A program made the translations under genes and the position numbers. The notes under the pieces are model-generated. The model had not been told where the DNA came from, did no database searches, and saw only the letters and a program-made list of their open reading frames with translations. DNA of 63,987 nt, filler included, from Stramenopiles sp. TOSAG23-3 (taxonomy: Eukaryota), in assembly GCA_900128585.1 (NCBI GenBank). It is 3 parts of 3 records of this genome, joined end to end, with 100 filler letters (N's around TTAATTAATTAA, not from the genome) between each part and the next. Parts side by side here need not be neighbours in the genome. Positions count along the whole stretch, not along the records: positions 22,266 to 44,372 come from LT642343.1; positions 44,473 to 63,987 come from LT642399.1; 1 more part is not named here. One strand, 5' to 3'. Below are positions 33,044 through 45,140 of the stretch, in pieces. The first letter of the stretch is position 1, and each line of letters opens with the position of its first letter.

Positions 33044-36000
33044 ATGCCCAAGAAGTCGAAAAAGAGCAAGGACAAGGACGCGGACAGCGCGGCGGAGTCC
33101 TCGGACGCCGAAAAGGCGCCCCCCGTCCCGGAGACGGCGGAAGAGAAGCGGCGCAGGGAGCACTGCGAGGACCCGGACGTGTTAGTTATACGAAAGGCGA
33201 ACGGGATCAAGAAAGAGGCCTTTATCATGCGCGCGCACCTCCCGCAGAAAATGGAGATTTTTCAACTGCGCCTGACCCGGGGGCTAAAGGACGTCAAGTA
33301 CTTCACCGGCCTCACGGAGCTGGTGGTCATCCACCAGAGCGGCGTGTCGAAGATGGACGGGATAGAGGCGTGCCCGAACTTGGTCACCCTCTGGATAAAC
33401 CAGTGCAGCCTCAAGTCGATTGGGAACAGCATTAAATTTTTGACCAGATTACGCTCGCTTCATCTCTGTTCCAATAAAATTCGTAAAATAGAAAATTTAG
33501 AGAAGTTGAAGAATTTGGAAATTCTCTGGTTGAACGACAATAAAATCACTGGGTTGGAGGGCGTGCAGGCCCTCGTCCAGCTGCGCGTTCTCTGGGTCGC
33601 CAACAACAACCTGTCCGCCATCGGCACCACCTTGGACAGCAACCGGCACTTGGCAGAGCTCAACCTGTCCGGGAACCAGATCGGGGCCTTCAAGGAGGTC
33701 CTCAATCTGACCCGATCCGTCTCCCTCCGGAGCCTGTGCCTCAGCGACCCGCACTTCGGGGACAACCCAGCGTGCCTGCTTTGTAACTACCAAACGTACG
33801 TTCTGTACCACCTGAACCAGCTTTCTTCGCTGGACACGATGCTCATCTCCAACGAGTCGAAGCAGCTCGCGGAGGCGACGTACATGAAGAAGAAGATGTA
33901 TTATAACATGCGGATCAAGACGCTGAAGCGGAACACGAACAATGTGATCCGGAAGGCGCAGGAGGCCATGCAGGCGAAGATCAGCGTGATCAACCTGAAT
34001 TTGAACGTCCTGCTCCGCCAGCGAAAGGGCGTCGAGGGGGTCCTGGACGAGCTCAAGTACCTGCCCGCCGACGGCGAACCGCGGGCCGCCGCCCCCGAGG
34101 AGCTAGGGGACGGCGGGGAAGGGAAGGAGTCCGAGAAGAGTGGCTCGCCCAAGCGGGCAGCCCTGGACGACACCAAGACGGCCGCTCAAAAGGCCGTGCT
34201 TTTGAAGAAGCTCCAGGCCCTCGACGACGCCATCACGAACAAGGGCCAGGTCATTGCCCGCATGGAGTCGCTCTTCGAGCAGCTGAAGCGGCACTTGTGC
34301 GACGTCTCCGAGGAGAACATCGCCCGCCTCATCGTGGAGCTAGAGACCGGGGGGAACATTCGCCTCGAGGACGGCAAGCCCTCGGACGTGTGGTTTAGCT
34401 CGTGCGCAGACCTGCTCAAGTCGCGGTTCTTTGCCCGCGACTTTCGGGCCTACGGGGTCGAGGACATACGCGTCAACCGCGTCACGCGGATCCACAACCG
34501 GTTCCTGAGGAACCGGTTCGACAATGCCATGGAAGACCTGGTGCGCAAGAGCAATTTGCCCGCCGGAACGAACGGGAAGCGCCAGCTGGAGTACTTGTTC
34601 TTCGGGGACGAGCCCAAGCTGGCCAACGTCAACGGCAACGAGCTGCTCCGCGTCGCAGACCAAGGGCTGCGGACCGCGAAGGAGTTCCGCCGGCTGGGCC
34701 TGGACGAGGCCATCCGGCTCTCGAACTCCGTCTCGCTGTCGCACCTGCCGCAGATCCGGGCCTTTCTCAGCGACTGTGCGAGGAACATCAAGTACGAGAA
34801 CAGCAGCGAAGGCGCGGCTGCGAAACGGGCCCACAACGAAGAGGACGAGAAGGACGGCGAGGAAGACGAGGACTTCAACTGGATGGACACCGTTGCTGTC
34901 GCTGGGAGCGGGGCCGCCGCGGCGGTCGCCGCGAAACGAAGGCGGATGGCGGGCGTTGAAACGGAGAACGACGTGGTGGACTCGAAGTCGCTCCGGGAAG
35001 CCGCGGCCGCCTTGAACCGGGGGGAGTTCTTGCTGCCTCCCGGACAGCTGCTGGTCGTCAAAGTATTTTTAGGAAACGTTGCAACCGAGCACGGGAGCAC
35101 GGGCGACAGCACGGCCGCGGCGAACAAGCCCGGGGCCTCGAAGGAGTCCACGGACGACGACAGCAGCAGCGAGTCGAGTGATAGTAGCAGCGGCGACGAG
35201 AGCGACGAGAGCGATGCGAGCAGCGTGCAGGACAACGGGGGGGGGGGGCGAAAAGTCGATCCGGCAGTCGGTCTACCCGGACGCCCACGCCGTGTACCGA
35301 ACGAACGCGTCGGACCCGAAGCAGAGGGAGTGGTTCGTCTTTGACAATGCCCTGGTCTTGCCGGAGTACCTGATAGAGTTTGATTTGGTCACCCAGTCGA
35401 ACAAAATGCAGGCCACTCCGAGCGGCGCGTCGGAGGAGGACGGTTTGCAGGCAAAGATAGAAATGGCCTCCCAACTCTTGGGCAGAACGTTGACGGAGCA
35501 AGAGTGCCTGGACATGGGCCCGCTCCTGCGGCCAATGCAGCGGTTCATGTACCAGTGCTCCAAGATACTGCAGCCGCAGCACGGCTCGGGCGCGGCCGAG
35601 AGCAGCAAAATTCCCGCTGCGGCGATCGCGTCGCCCGGCCAGGCGCCCCCCCCCGGCAGCGTCCCCGTCGTCACCCCCGGCGCCCGAACCTCGGGCCTCC
35701 CCAAGGCAGGGGGGAGACAACAGCGAGAACATTCTGAACATGCCGCCGCACCTGCCCCCCTCGGAGAAGCTGTACGAGATTACGCAGCCGGTGGTGCTGA
35801 AGCGTGGGCGGGCCCTCGAGATGGGTGCCGTGGTGTACCTGAACTTGCACGGGTGCCACATTCGGCGGATCGAGGGCCTCGACGCCTGTATAAATTTAAA
35901 GTTTCTGGTCTTGAGCTTCAACGAGATCCATAAAATTGAGGGGTTGGACGCCCTGGCAAAGTTGGAACGGCTGGAATTGGGCTTCAACCTGATCAAGCGC

Positions 36001-38142
36001 GTAGAGGGGTTGCGGGGGTTGGAGAACCTATCCGCCTTGGAGTTGAACAACAACCTGATCTATCGGCTGGAAGACATCGGCGTCCTGCGCAAGTACTTGC
36101 CTGCCCTGGACAAACTCGACTTGCGGAACAACGCCGTTTGCGAGGTCAAGGGCTACCGGGCCCACACCCTGCGCCGGCTGGCTTCGCTCGGGTGGTTTGA
36201 TGGGAAACCGATAGAAGAGTCCGACCGTGCGCAGTGCGCGCAACCGAATGCGACGATAACGAAAGCGGACATCATGAAGTGCGGGAAGGGCGGGAGAAAC
36301 GTTTCGCAGGGGGTAGACGGATCTGCCGACGAAGAGGCGTGGGCCTCTGTCGAGCAGCTCGACTTGAACCACCGGGGCCTGCAGACCATTGAAAATTTAG
36401 AGCCTTTGAAAAACCTGCGGCGCCTTAGCCTCGCGGACAACGAGATCGCCTGCATCCAAGGCCTCGAAGAAAACACCCTTCTGGAAGAGCTCGTGCTGGA
36501 CGAGAACAGGATCATAAAGTTCGACGGCCTCTCGAAATTGACGTTTTTGAAGAAGCTGGACCTTGGGAAAAACAAAATATCAAAATTTGAAAACCTCACC
36601 CACTTGGTGCACCTGACGCAGCTTTCTGTCGAGGACAACGAGATCGTTAGCTTGAATGGCCTGCAGGGCCTGAAGAACCTGATGGAGCTGTACGTTTGTA
36701 GCAACCGCGTCGCTACCTTGAAAGAGGTGCAGCACCTGAAGACGTTGCCGAAGCTAATCATCGTCGACCTCTCCGGAAACGCCCTTTGCCGGCAGAAAAA
36801 CTACCGGCTGTACTGCGTGTACTATTTGCGCAAGCTGAAAGTCTTGGACGGGATAGGCGTGGACCTGAACGAGCAGCAGAATGCGCGGGAAAAGTACAGT
36901 GGAAAGCTAACCGCTGAGTTTCTTTCGGAGAAAATCGGCCACAAATACTTCGAGCACATCCGCGAGCTGGACCTGTCCTCGTGCCGAATCCGCGAGATTG
37001 AGCACTTGAGCGGGGAGGAATTCTCGAACCTTCGGGAGTTAAATTTGGACAACAACATGCTCACCAACATCAACGGTCTGCACGCGTTGTGGAAGCTTCA
37101 GATTTTGCGGATGAACCACAACCGAATCAACGAGCTGTGTGTGCCGCAGTCTGTCACCGGAGGGCCAGAAAGCGGGAGCGTCGCGGACGCCTCCCAGTAC
37201 GGCCTGGGGGCATTGACCTCCCTGGAAGTTCTGCAGCTCGGCTACAACAGCATCACGGACTGCTGCAGCCTCAACCTGCACAAGCTGAATGGGCTGAAGG
37301 TGCTGTTCCTGCAAGGGAACGACATTGCACGGATCGATGGGCTGAACGAGTGCTACGAACTGCGTGAGCTGGTGCTGGACAAAAACCGCGTCAAGTACGT
37401 GGACACGAACGCGTTCTTGGGACTGTCAAACTTGCGGGAACTGCGGCTCGAAGAGAATGGCCTCCGCTCCCTGTCTAATTTCAGGAACGTCCACAACTTG
37501 CAGTTGCTATATTTGGGCATGAACCGAATTTCCGAAATGAGCGAAATCGACAAACTGAGTTCGATCCCGTTTCTCATGGAGTTGACGCTGGCAAACAACC
37601 CGGTGTCGAGGAAGCAGCTGTACCGGGCGAACGTTATTCGTAGGATGCCCACCCTGAAGATCGTGGACGGGCGTGAAATTGGTGTGGACGAGCGAGAGCG
37701 TGTCGAGCTTATGTTCGTCCAAGATGCGCGTCCCAACAACCAAATTTTCTTTGCCGACCAAGCGTCCTTCGACCAGTTTGGCGTCCAATCCGCGTTGGGG
37801 CAGCAAATGCCGCACCGTGGGGGCTCCGGTGCTGGCGGGAGCCGCGCGGCAGTGAAGCTGACCTCGGTGAACTTTGAGTCCCTGACTGGTCTCACATCTC
37901 GGCGGCAGCCTACGATGAGCACGGCGGACGGGCTCTTGCCCCCCGCGCAACAGCCGCAAGCGTCCCAGAACTTTTTTGGGCAAGATTTTCACAATGCAGT
38001 AAGGCGTTCTACGGCGGATTCCATAACCAGCTATTCGTTGATTGGTCGCAGAAACTCCTCGGGCCTTCAGCAAAACAAATCTTCCAAACACCCATCACTC
38101 AGTAGCCAACGAAGCCATCGCCGGGCGTATCCACCTCGGTAA
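33044..38142 (+). CDS. LRRC9: Leucine-rich repeat protein LRRC9-like, one gene split over three frames by two apparent homopolymer frameshifts
   Basis: N-terminal LRRs, KKKMYYNMRIKTL, ELETGGNIRLEDG..SDVWFSSC.DL..SRF, RIHNRFLRNRF..EYLF; next frame QREWFVFDNALVLPEYLIEF; third frame long SDS22-type LRR array. Confidence 0.85.
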
Positions 38143-38611
38143 AGACACAAACAAAACAGATACGTACATTCTAAATCTTATGGGGAGAGGGTACTTCAGT
38201 ATAAAATTGTTTTTAAAATTTTACTTTGTACTAAGTACTTCGTATAAAAAATGAAGAATTGCTTCGTAAAAAAAAACAAATATTATATATTTTGAAAAAA
38301 CAAAATACGATAAGGGGATATCCTTGATTCTCGTGTACATATACCAGTTTAAACTTACTCACGTGTGTGCCATTTCAGTGTGCGTTCAAAAGAAAGTCTG
38401 CGTGCGCGACCGATGATGTATCATAAAAGTTTACCTCAACATTTTGAAAAAAATATTTTTTAAGTAAATATCTTATATTTTGTATTCGTAGTAATTATAT
38501 TATTCAATCCTGGCGGCTGCCCCGGCAATTTGCCAACCATTGCCCAGCTCGACTGGGCGAAAGCATCGTTTCGACCTATTGCACCCGCCCGATGCTTGCG
38601 TTTACTACCGT

Positions 38612-39799
38612 TTACTTCTTTTTGTAAGGAATGGTCAAACATTTAATCTTCAAATGGTCGCAAATCTCATCAATCACATTGAGGTGAAAATGCAAGTACA
38701 TCGTCACCACAATGGCCGCGTACGGGTAGAGCAGTTCGGGGTAGCGGAAAACAAGTGGGATCCCCAGAACAATAAGAAAGTTACGGCGCAACGGAAATTC
38801 CATCTTGCAGACACTGGTAACAATCATGTTGCTCGTTAGGTAGGCAAAGACCAACCCAACAAGGAACATGATCAACCGTGGGTTGTTTTCGTACTGGGGA
38901 GTTGCCAGCATAAGTTTGGAAAACAATGCCAAGATGATCACGGGCACGATTTGCATGAATGCCGCCGTCGAGTCCTTCGTTTTGGCAAACGTGTTGGTTA
39001 TGAACGAAAACGAGAACACGATGCCAACGCCGAGCTGGGCGTACAGGCACCCCAGCGCAAGGGATATATCGCCAAGAAGGGGGGCGGTAAAGAGCGTTTC
39101 ATGCATGATGTTGTTGCCGTAGAACGCGACGAACAAGTTGGTCAAGATGACGGTGTACTGCGCTTCGGTAACCCCAAGGAAGCCAATCCCAGAGCGGAAC
39201 TCGTGCGTGTGCATTTCTTCCCATTGGGCCAGGTAGAACGGAAGTTGTACGCTGAACGCGAACGCGAGCGGGTGCCACACTTCGGGGAACCGGACGGCGC
39301 TGCAGACTTGGGCGGTGGAGAACACCGTAATAAGGGCGTCGCAGCCGTGGTCAAAGAGTTGGCCAAGCGGGGACGAGGACCCGGTCCGTCTCGCCTGTTT
39401 CCCATCGGCAGCGTCCATGGTTTGGTAGAACCAGAGGCAGAATGCGGAGACAATGTTGACCCACTTCCACCATTCTTCCGTTTCGTCGGTTTGTTTTCCC
39501 CAGGTGTCGGCGCCTTGGTACTTCCAGTACAGCAAGTACGGGGTAATTCCTCCGAGAAGACCGAGGAAGGTAATCAAGTTAGGGGCGAACCACATCGGGA
39601 AAAACTCCGCGCATTTGTACCAGAACGGGTTCAAGAAGTTGTCCAACGGTGTGTAGCCTCCACCACTGTATTTGTAGTTGGTCAAGGCCTTCAAGCCCGT
39701 CTTGTTGATGTATATGTTGTCTTTCCCGGAAGCTTTCGTCGCAGCCTTCTTCTTCTTCGCCGGGCTTTTCTTCCTGCTCGCACTTTTGGCCCGAGGCAT
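38612..39799 (-). CDS. Choline/ethanolamine phosphotransferase (CDP-alcohol phosphatidyltransferase)
   Basis: YKYSG, APNLITFLG, YQTMDAADGKQARRTGSSSPLGQLFDHGCD signature, multiple TM helices, C-terminal KKK. Confidence 0.93.
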   Translation of the reverse strand: MPRAKSASRKKSPAKKKKAATKASGKDNIYINKTGLKALTNYKYSGGGYTPLDNFLNPFWYKCAEFFPMWFAPNLITFLGLLGGITPYLLYWKYQGADTWGKQTDETEEWWKWVNIVSAFCLWFYQTMDAADGKQARRTGSSSPLGQLFDHGCDALITVFSTAQVCSAVRFPEVWHPLAFAFSVQLPFYLAQWEEMHTHEFRSGIGFLGVTEAQYTVILTNLFVAFYGNNIMHETLFTAPLLGDISLALGCLYAQLGVGIVFSFSFITNTFAKTKDSTAAFMQIVPVIILALFSKLMLATPQYENNPRLIMFLVGLVFAYLTSNMIVTSVCKMEFPLRRNFLIVLGIPLVFRYPELLYPYAAIVVTMYLHFHLNVIDEICDHLKIKCLTIPYKKK

Positions 39800-40393
39800 T
39801 ATTTGGTTGGTGTTCTTCTAAAGAAACGTTTGCGTTTTCGATGTCGTATCAAATGGATACTTTTGGGAGTGCGTGTAAATTTCGTGCTGGTCTCGATACG
39901 TTTTCTTAAAATGGTTTGGTTGTTAATTTGGTTGTAAGATCATCAATCACACTTTATTAACTTCTATCTACCTTGGTGTGAAAAAATATCCTTCTTCTTC
40001 TTCTTCTTCTCTTCCTTATTTTCCCTTTGTGTTCTGTGTTGTTATTATAAATATAATTATTGTCTTCTCTAACAATGCAGTCGTCTTCTTTGATGAGATA
40101 GAAGTATAAGATTGAATATAAGTTGTTGACACAGGAGCACAGCATTCCTTTAGTTTTTAGATTATCTTCTTTCATCCTTCGCTATATTGTATTAAGTATA
40201 CGTAATTTAGTATAAATACAATGTACAACATACACACAGCAACAATACGAAGAAAAAAAAGATAGGTCTTATAAAGTACTGTTATATCATATATTAATAG
40301 TACGGTAGTATACAATATGATGAAAAAAGGATGGATGAAACGGCAACCCTAACCCTTCAACTCACACACATCTTTAAATCTTATTTTAAATCC

Positions 40394-40470
40394 TCTTTCT
40401 TTCTTTCTTTCGACTCTTTCTTTCTTTCTTTCGACTCTTTCTTTCTTTCTTTCTTTCTTTCTTTCGACTC
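40394..40470. repeat. (TTTC)n/TTCGACTC composite repeat
   Basis: Three TTCGACTC units spaced by TTTC runs. Confidence 0.85.
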
Positions 40471-41043
40471 TTACGAAACGAAAGAAGAGGAGAGATCCGA
40501 AGACAAGGTAAAGAAAGAAGAAGAAGGCCAAAACTAATAATTTTTTTAGTCTCTATATTATTATTATATTATTTTTTTTATTTTATTTTATTATTATTTT
40601 ATTAAAATCCAATAATAATAAGGGACCGTACAGGTATTAATAATCATAGTGGTACCTTAATAGTTGATGATGAAATTTTTTTAACAAGAGAAGAAGAAGA
40701 AGAAGAAGAAGAAGAAGAAAGAAGAAGAAGAACAAACACAACAACAACAAAAATAATAATAATAACTTTGTACAGAGTTTTCGTGTTCAGTTATAGACTA
40801 TATTCGTATTACTTTATTCAAATGACAGTGTTCATTCCTGACTATGATTTTAGAGGAAGGGAAAGAAGTAAAGAGAGTCTATATTGTTAAATTTTAAAAA
40901 GGTAAAAGTGAATCACCAAGACGATAGAGATAGGTCTACACTTCCCCAAGCAGACCATTTATACGTTAAAGGATAGTAGCGGAGAGAACGGACGGACGGA
41001 AGTGTGACTGTTGCTTATTTGCTCTTAGTACGCGTAGGGTGTA

Positions 41044-41550
41044 ATGTCGGCTTCCAAGAACAAAGTAGTTGTTACGTCGGAGCAAGAGTCTGAGGCAAGG
41101 GAATGCTTTGCCATGTTTGACTCTGACAACGATGGGTTTATATTAAAGAAAGAAGTCCCAATGTTGTTTATGTCCTTGGGGAAAAACCCGACGCAGAAGG
41201 AGATCAACACGCTCATGGCAAAGCACAAGTCAAGGAGAAAAGACAGGGTGTCCGTAGACGAGTTCATATACCTGCTGAAACAGGGCATTGGTGGCTCTGG
41301 CGAACCAGGAGGAGAAATGATGGAAGGGTTGAAAATATACGACGATATGATGAGTTCTAAGCCAGGAACTGGGACCATTACGGAAGGGGAACTGAGGCAC
41401 ATCATGGCCAAGTTTGGGGAAAAGCTGAACAAGGAAGAGTTGGCTGGGCTGATGGATTTTGCTAAAGGGGCCAGCAAAAACGGAAAAGTCGACTACGCAA
41501 TGTTTGTAGATAAATTGGTTAACCCACACAAGTATAAGGATGTTCAGTGA
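41044..41550 (+). CDS. Calmodulin-like / myosin light chain-like EF-hand protein
   Basis: ARECFAMFDSDNDGFILKKE, SLGKNPTQKE, GTGTITEGELRHIM..FGEKL, NGKVDYAMFV. Confidence 0.88.
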   Translation: MSASKNKVVVTSEQESEARECFAMFDSDNDGFILKKEVPMLFMSLGKNPTQKEINTLMAKHKSRRKDRVSVDEFIYLLKQGIGGSGEPGGEMMEGLKIYDDMMSSKPGTGTITEGELRHIMAKFGEKLNKEELAGLMDFAKGASKNGKVDYAMFVDKLVNPHKYKDVQ

Positions 41551-41933
41551 ATGGGTCGAAGCAATATGCATGGGCGAGGATCAAGCAGCAGGGAAGCCAT
41601 GCCCAGTCCTTCCACAGGGTCAGAACGAAGTGGGCGGGCTTTGGCCTACTACTGCTGTTGTGGAAATACATGTGTTACCCCCACTAGAGAGAGAGCAAAG
41701 CACAAAAGTGCGAAGAAAAAAAATTATTTTGGCGCAGAGAGATTCAGTATTTGCTGCGTAAGTTTTATTTATCAATGCAACTATACGTTCTATTTTAGCC
41801 TCGGTGCGATCTAGGCCCTCGACCGCGTGTGTAAAAGTGCGCCCACTCCCGCAAGAAATGCAATAAACGAAAACCACCCCACGGTTTTTTTTATTTGGTT
41901 TTATACCGTCACAATGCCACACCATCAACCCCT

Positions 41934-42602
41934 TTAACTCACGTGCCGGTGAAGCTTTACCCGTTTATTCCGTCCATCGCTTTCCCAAAATTGCTTTACT
42001 ATAAGGTCATCCTTCTCTTTTTCCGTTTTGTACACATCTCCCGTTTCTGCAAGCGCCGCGTAGGACGTCAGATAATCGCTAAAGCTCCCGTAATGAGCGT
42101 AAAGAAAATCGACCATTTGGCGACGGCGTTGGGAGTCTTCCTTCAGGGCTGCCCACAACTCTTTGTGCGTTTCGACTGCCTCGTTGCACAGGTCTGGCTT
42201 TCGCCTTGTGTCTATATAATTGCCATTTGTCTTGTACTCTTGGGGTTTCTTCACCTTTGCCCGTTTGAAAAACACATTCAAGACCATCGTCCCGACTTCT
42301 GCATTTTGGCACAGCAAGGCCCTGATGCGACCCGCGGTCTCTTGGACGGACTGAAAAGACTTGAGACTATCTGGGCATTCACGGTCGAGGCTTTCAACGC
42401 CACACTTGCGCTTTCTATTCCCCGCGTTAGAACCGTGATACGTCGCGCATGCTTTGCAGGCCAACCCGGCACTACAAAATTTACAGATAAGACGTATGCG
42501 CATCTCAAGCAAAGCGGGGACCAATGGGCTTTCCAAAAACGCAATAAGTTTCCCATCGTACCCTGTCCCGTCCGACACGCCCGTCGTCCCCACACGGTCC
42601 AT
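41934..42602 (-). CDS. Hypothetical protein with Cys cluster
   Basis: 222-aa ATG ORF in a coding-GC island; CKFCSAGLACKAC; no family recognised. Confidence 0.55.
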   Translation of the reverse strand: MDRVGTTGVSDGTGYDGKLIAFLESPLVPALLEMRIRLICKFCSAGLACKACATYHGSNAGNRKRKCGVESLDRECPDSLKSFQSVQETAGRIRALLCQNAEVGTMVLNVFFKRAKVKKPQEYKTNGNYIDTRRKPDLCNEAVETHKELWAALKEDSQRRRQMVDFLYAHYGSFSDYLTSYAALAETGDVYKTEKEKDDLIVKQFWESDGRNKRVKLHRHVS

Positions 42603-43055
42603 TTCCTTTCAAAAAAAATAGGTTCGCGCCCCAGTTTTTAAGTCACCTCCTATGCGCTTGTTCTACGGTCATTGAAAACAAATAGGCACGGTTTCGTTTC
42701 GTTAATTTAACTGCGTGTCATCGAAATGAAGAATGGAAAATGAACTCAGCGCGGGGACATCTTTTAATACCGGTAGTTGTTTTGCGTTGTCCTCTTCTAT
42801 TCGTCGGCTCGTCGCCCCTCGCGCCCTCGCGCACTTTATTTTTTGAAGTATAGTATACTAATACATGTAGTTATTATCGCCTATGTACTAAATCCAATGG
42901 GAATCTCCATCTACTACTTGGTTCGGTACCGGTACCGGTACCGTACGGTACCTTGTACAAGGAAGGCAATTTCATCAACATGATGTACATTTCTCAATTC
43001 AGATTATCATTCAATGGATTTGGACTTCGTTTAAATAAGTAAACAATAAATTTTA

Positions 43056-43961
43056 CTACTCTTTTTGTGGATTTGTTCTCTTTGAATATTTTGAGTTGAA
43101 TAATGGGTTTGTGTGGGTTACTTTTCCAGAGCCTTCCATCACTTTAGAAAAGCCCAGGCTGAACCAACTCTTGAAGGTCTTAATCGCTGTCGTCCAGCAA
43201 ACTAGAGTAATCAGCAAGGCAAACACGAAGTCGGGCATAGTCGTGCAAGGGCGAGTGGTCAGCAGCGAGAAAAGAAGAATGCCCTGATCATTCGACGAGA
43301 CTTCATCTCGTGCGGGGTTTGTGCCTTGGGCGCTACGCCCGTCCACTTCGGTGCTAGGGAGCGCATCTACGATTCTTTGCGCTTGCTCTGAATCGCTTGC
43401 TTTCTTCGCGGCCTTAATACGTGCATTGCGCGCAACTTTTGAAGCTACCGTGGCATTCTTCATTTCTGCAATGCGTGCTGCTTGCTCTGCATCGGCCGCC
43501 TTCTTTGCGGTTTCAATGTTTTTTCGTTTTATAATATCGGCTTGGACACCTGCCATCTTATCCTCCGACATTCTTCGCGCCCGTTCGTCTTCGGTTGCTA
43601 CGACGGCAGCCTTAATATTTTCCGCCCTGCTAGGTGTCGGGGCGTTGGCGCTAGCAACACGTGCAGCTTGTTCATCATCGGCAGCCTTCTTCGCCGACTC
43701 GATGTTTTTTTGTTTTATAATTTCAGCTTGGACTTCTGCCATACTGTCCTCTGACATTCTCCGGGTTCGCTCGCCTTCCGCCGCTGCAATAGCAAATTTT
43801 ATGTTCTCTGTTCGGCTTGGAGACGAAGGTTCGGACGCTGAAATTCTCCGCGCGCGCTCGCCTTCAGCTGCAGCAATTGCAGCCTTTATATTCTCCGCTC
43901 GATCGGCACGTTCCTGCACGTCCTGATCGGGGTTACCCCAAACACTATCTGCTGTTGGCAT
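43056..43961 (-). CDS. Alanine/charge-rich helical repeat protein with C-terminal hydrophobic segment
   Basis: Six ~30-aa repeats NIxxAxxAAxxExARR; ATG at 43961. Confidence 0.7.
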   Translation of the reverse strand: MPTADSVWGNPDQDVQERADRAENIKAAIAAAEGERARRISASEPSSPSRTENIKFAIAAAEGERTRRMSEDSMAEVQAEIIKQKNIESAKKAADDEQAARVASANAPTPSRAENIKAAVVATEDERARRMSEDKMAGVQADIIKRKNIETAKKAADAEQAARIAEMKNATVASKVARNARIKAAKKASDSEQAQRIVDALPSTEVDGRSAQGTNPARDEVSSNDQGILLFSLLTTRPCTTMPDFVFALLITLVCWTTAIKTFKSWFSLGFSKVMEGSGKVTHTNPLFNSKYSKRTNPQKE

Positions 43962-44336
43962 ATTCAATAACCGTTATGTATTCTGTTCGTTTAGAGTGGG
44001 TGGGGCGTCAAGTCGTTCAGTTCTGCGTTCACGTGTACGATGCCAAAGACAATTAACAGTTTTTGGGTTTATAATGTGCTTGTTCCCGTAAAAAGTCGCC
44101 CTTTTCTTTTGCCAATCAATACACACACCTAACTTGGCGAGAAAAGATATCATAATTTCAATGTTGAAAGTTGAAGTAGTGGTAATTTATATTTAAGCGA
44201 CGACCACCAAGAAGAAGAAGAAGATGATGGGAGAATTATTAAATTTGTTTTTATAATAATCCACAATAAGTAAAGGGGCACAGCATCGTTATCACATGAT
44301 TTTGGGGGGGGCAAAACTTGGCACAGATCTTTCCTC

Positions 44337-44372
<36 letters not shown>

Positions 44373-44472
44373 NNNNNNNNNNNNNNNNNNNNNNNNNNNN
44401 NNNNNNNNNNNNNNNNTTAATTAATTAANNNNNNNNNNNNNNNNNNNNNNNNNNNNNNNNNNNNNNNNNNNN
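44373..44472. other. Artificial contig-joining spacer, preceded by a 35-nt poly-C contig end
   Basis: N44-TTAATTAATTAA-N44. Confidence 0.95.
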
Positions 44473-44889
44473 ATCATCATACCATTGAGTAACACTCCCT
44501 ACACTGCCGTTTTCCTTTTCTTTTTTTTAAATATAATAAAAAAAAAATGTGTTTTTGAATACTTTTTCTTCTTTCTATTTTTATTTAATGTATTTTATAT
44601 AATAAATACAAATTATAAATATAATAATAACATTATCATAATCATGTATTAATAATGTATTGATGTAGTTAATAAAAGAAATACATTCACTACGAAATAT
44701 AGAATAGGGATAGAATAGAATATCAATCCTAGTACTTAACTACCTCCCTTTTCACCTATAATATTAATACCGGTGCTGTGTATATATAATACAATTTTCA
44801 ATTTCAAATTGAGGATATTAATTCTTTCTTCTTTCTTAATTCTATTAATTTTATTTCTATGATGAGGAGCTAATGGCAAAAAAACTAAA

Positions 44890-45140
44890 AAAAAGAAGAA
44901 GAAGAAGAAAGAAGAAGAATAGAGAAGAAGAAAAAGAAAAAGAAGAAGAAGAAGAAGAAAGAAGAAAGAAGAAAGAAGAAGAAGAAGAAAGAAGAAATAG
45001 AAAGAAGAAGAAGAAATAGAAAGAAGAAAGAAGAAGAAGAAAGAAGAAAGAAGAAAGAAGAAAGAAGAAGAAGAAAGAAGAAAGAAGAAGAAGAAAGAAG
45101 AAAGAAGAAGAAGAAAGAAGAAGAAGAAAAAAGAAGAAAT
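44890..45140. repeat. (GAA)n/(GAAA) polypurine microsatellite
   Basis: Direct inspection. Confidence 0.93.

Noticed and set aside
40345..40356. AACCCTAACCCT telomere-like hexamers
   Set aside because: Only two units; compatible with chance
44338..44372. 35-nt poly-C as a G-quadruplex or telomere feature
   Set aside because: Sits exactly at a contig end; likely a sequencing artefact or unresolved homopolymer
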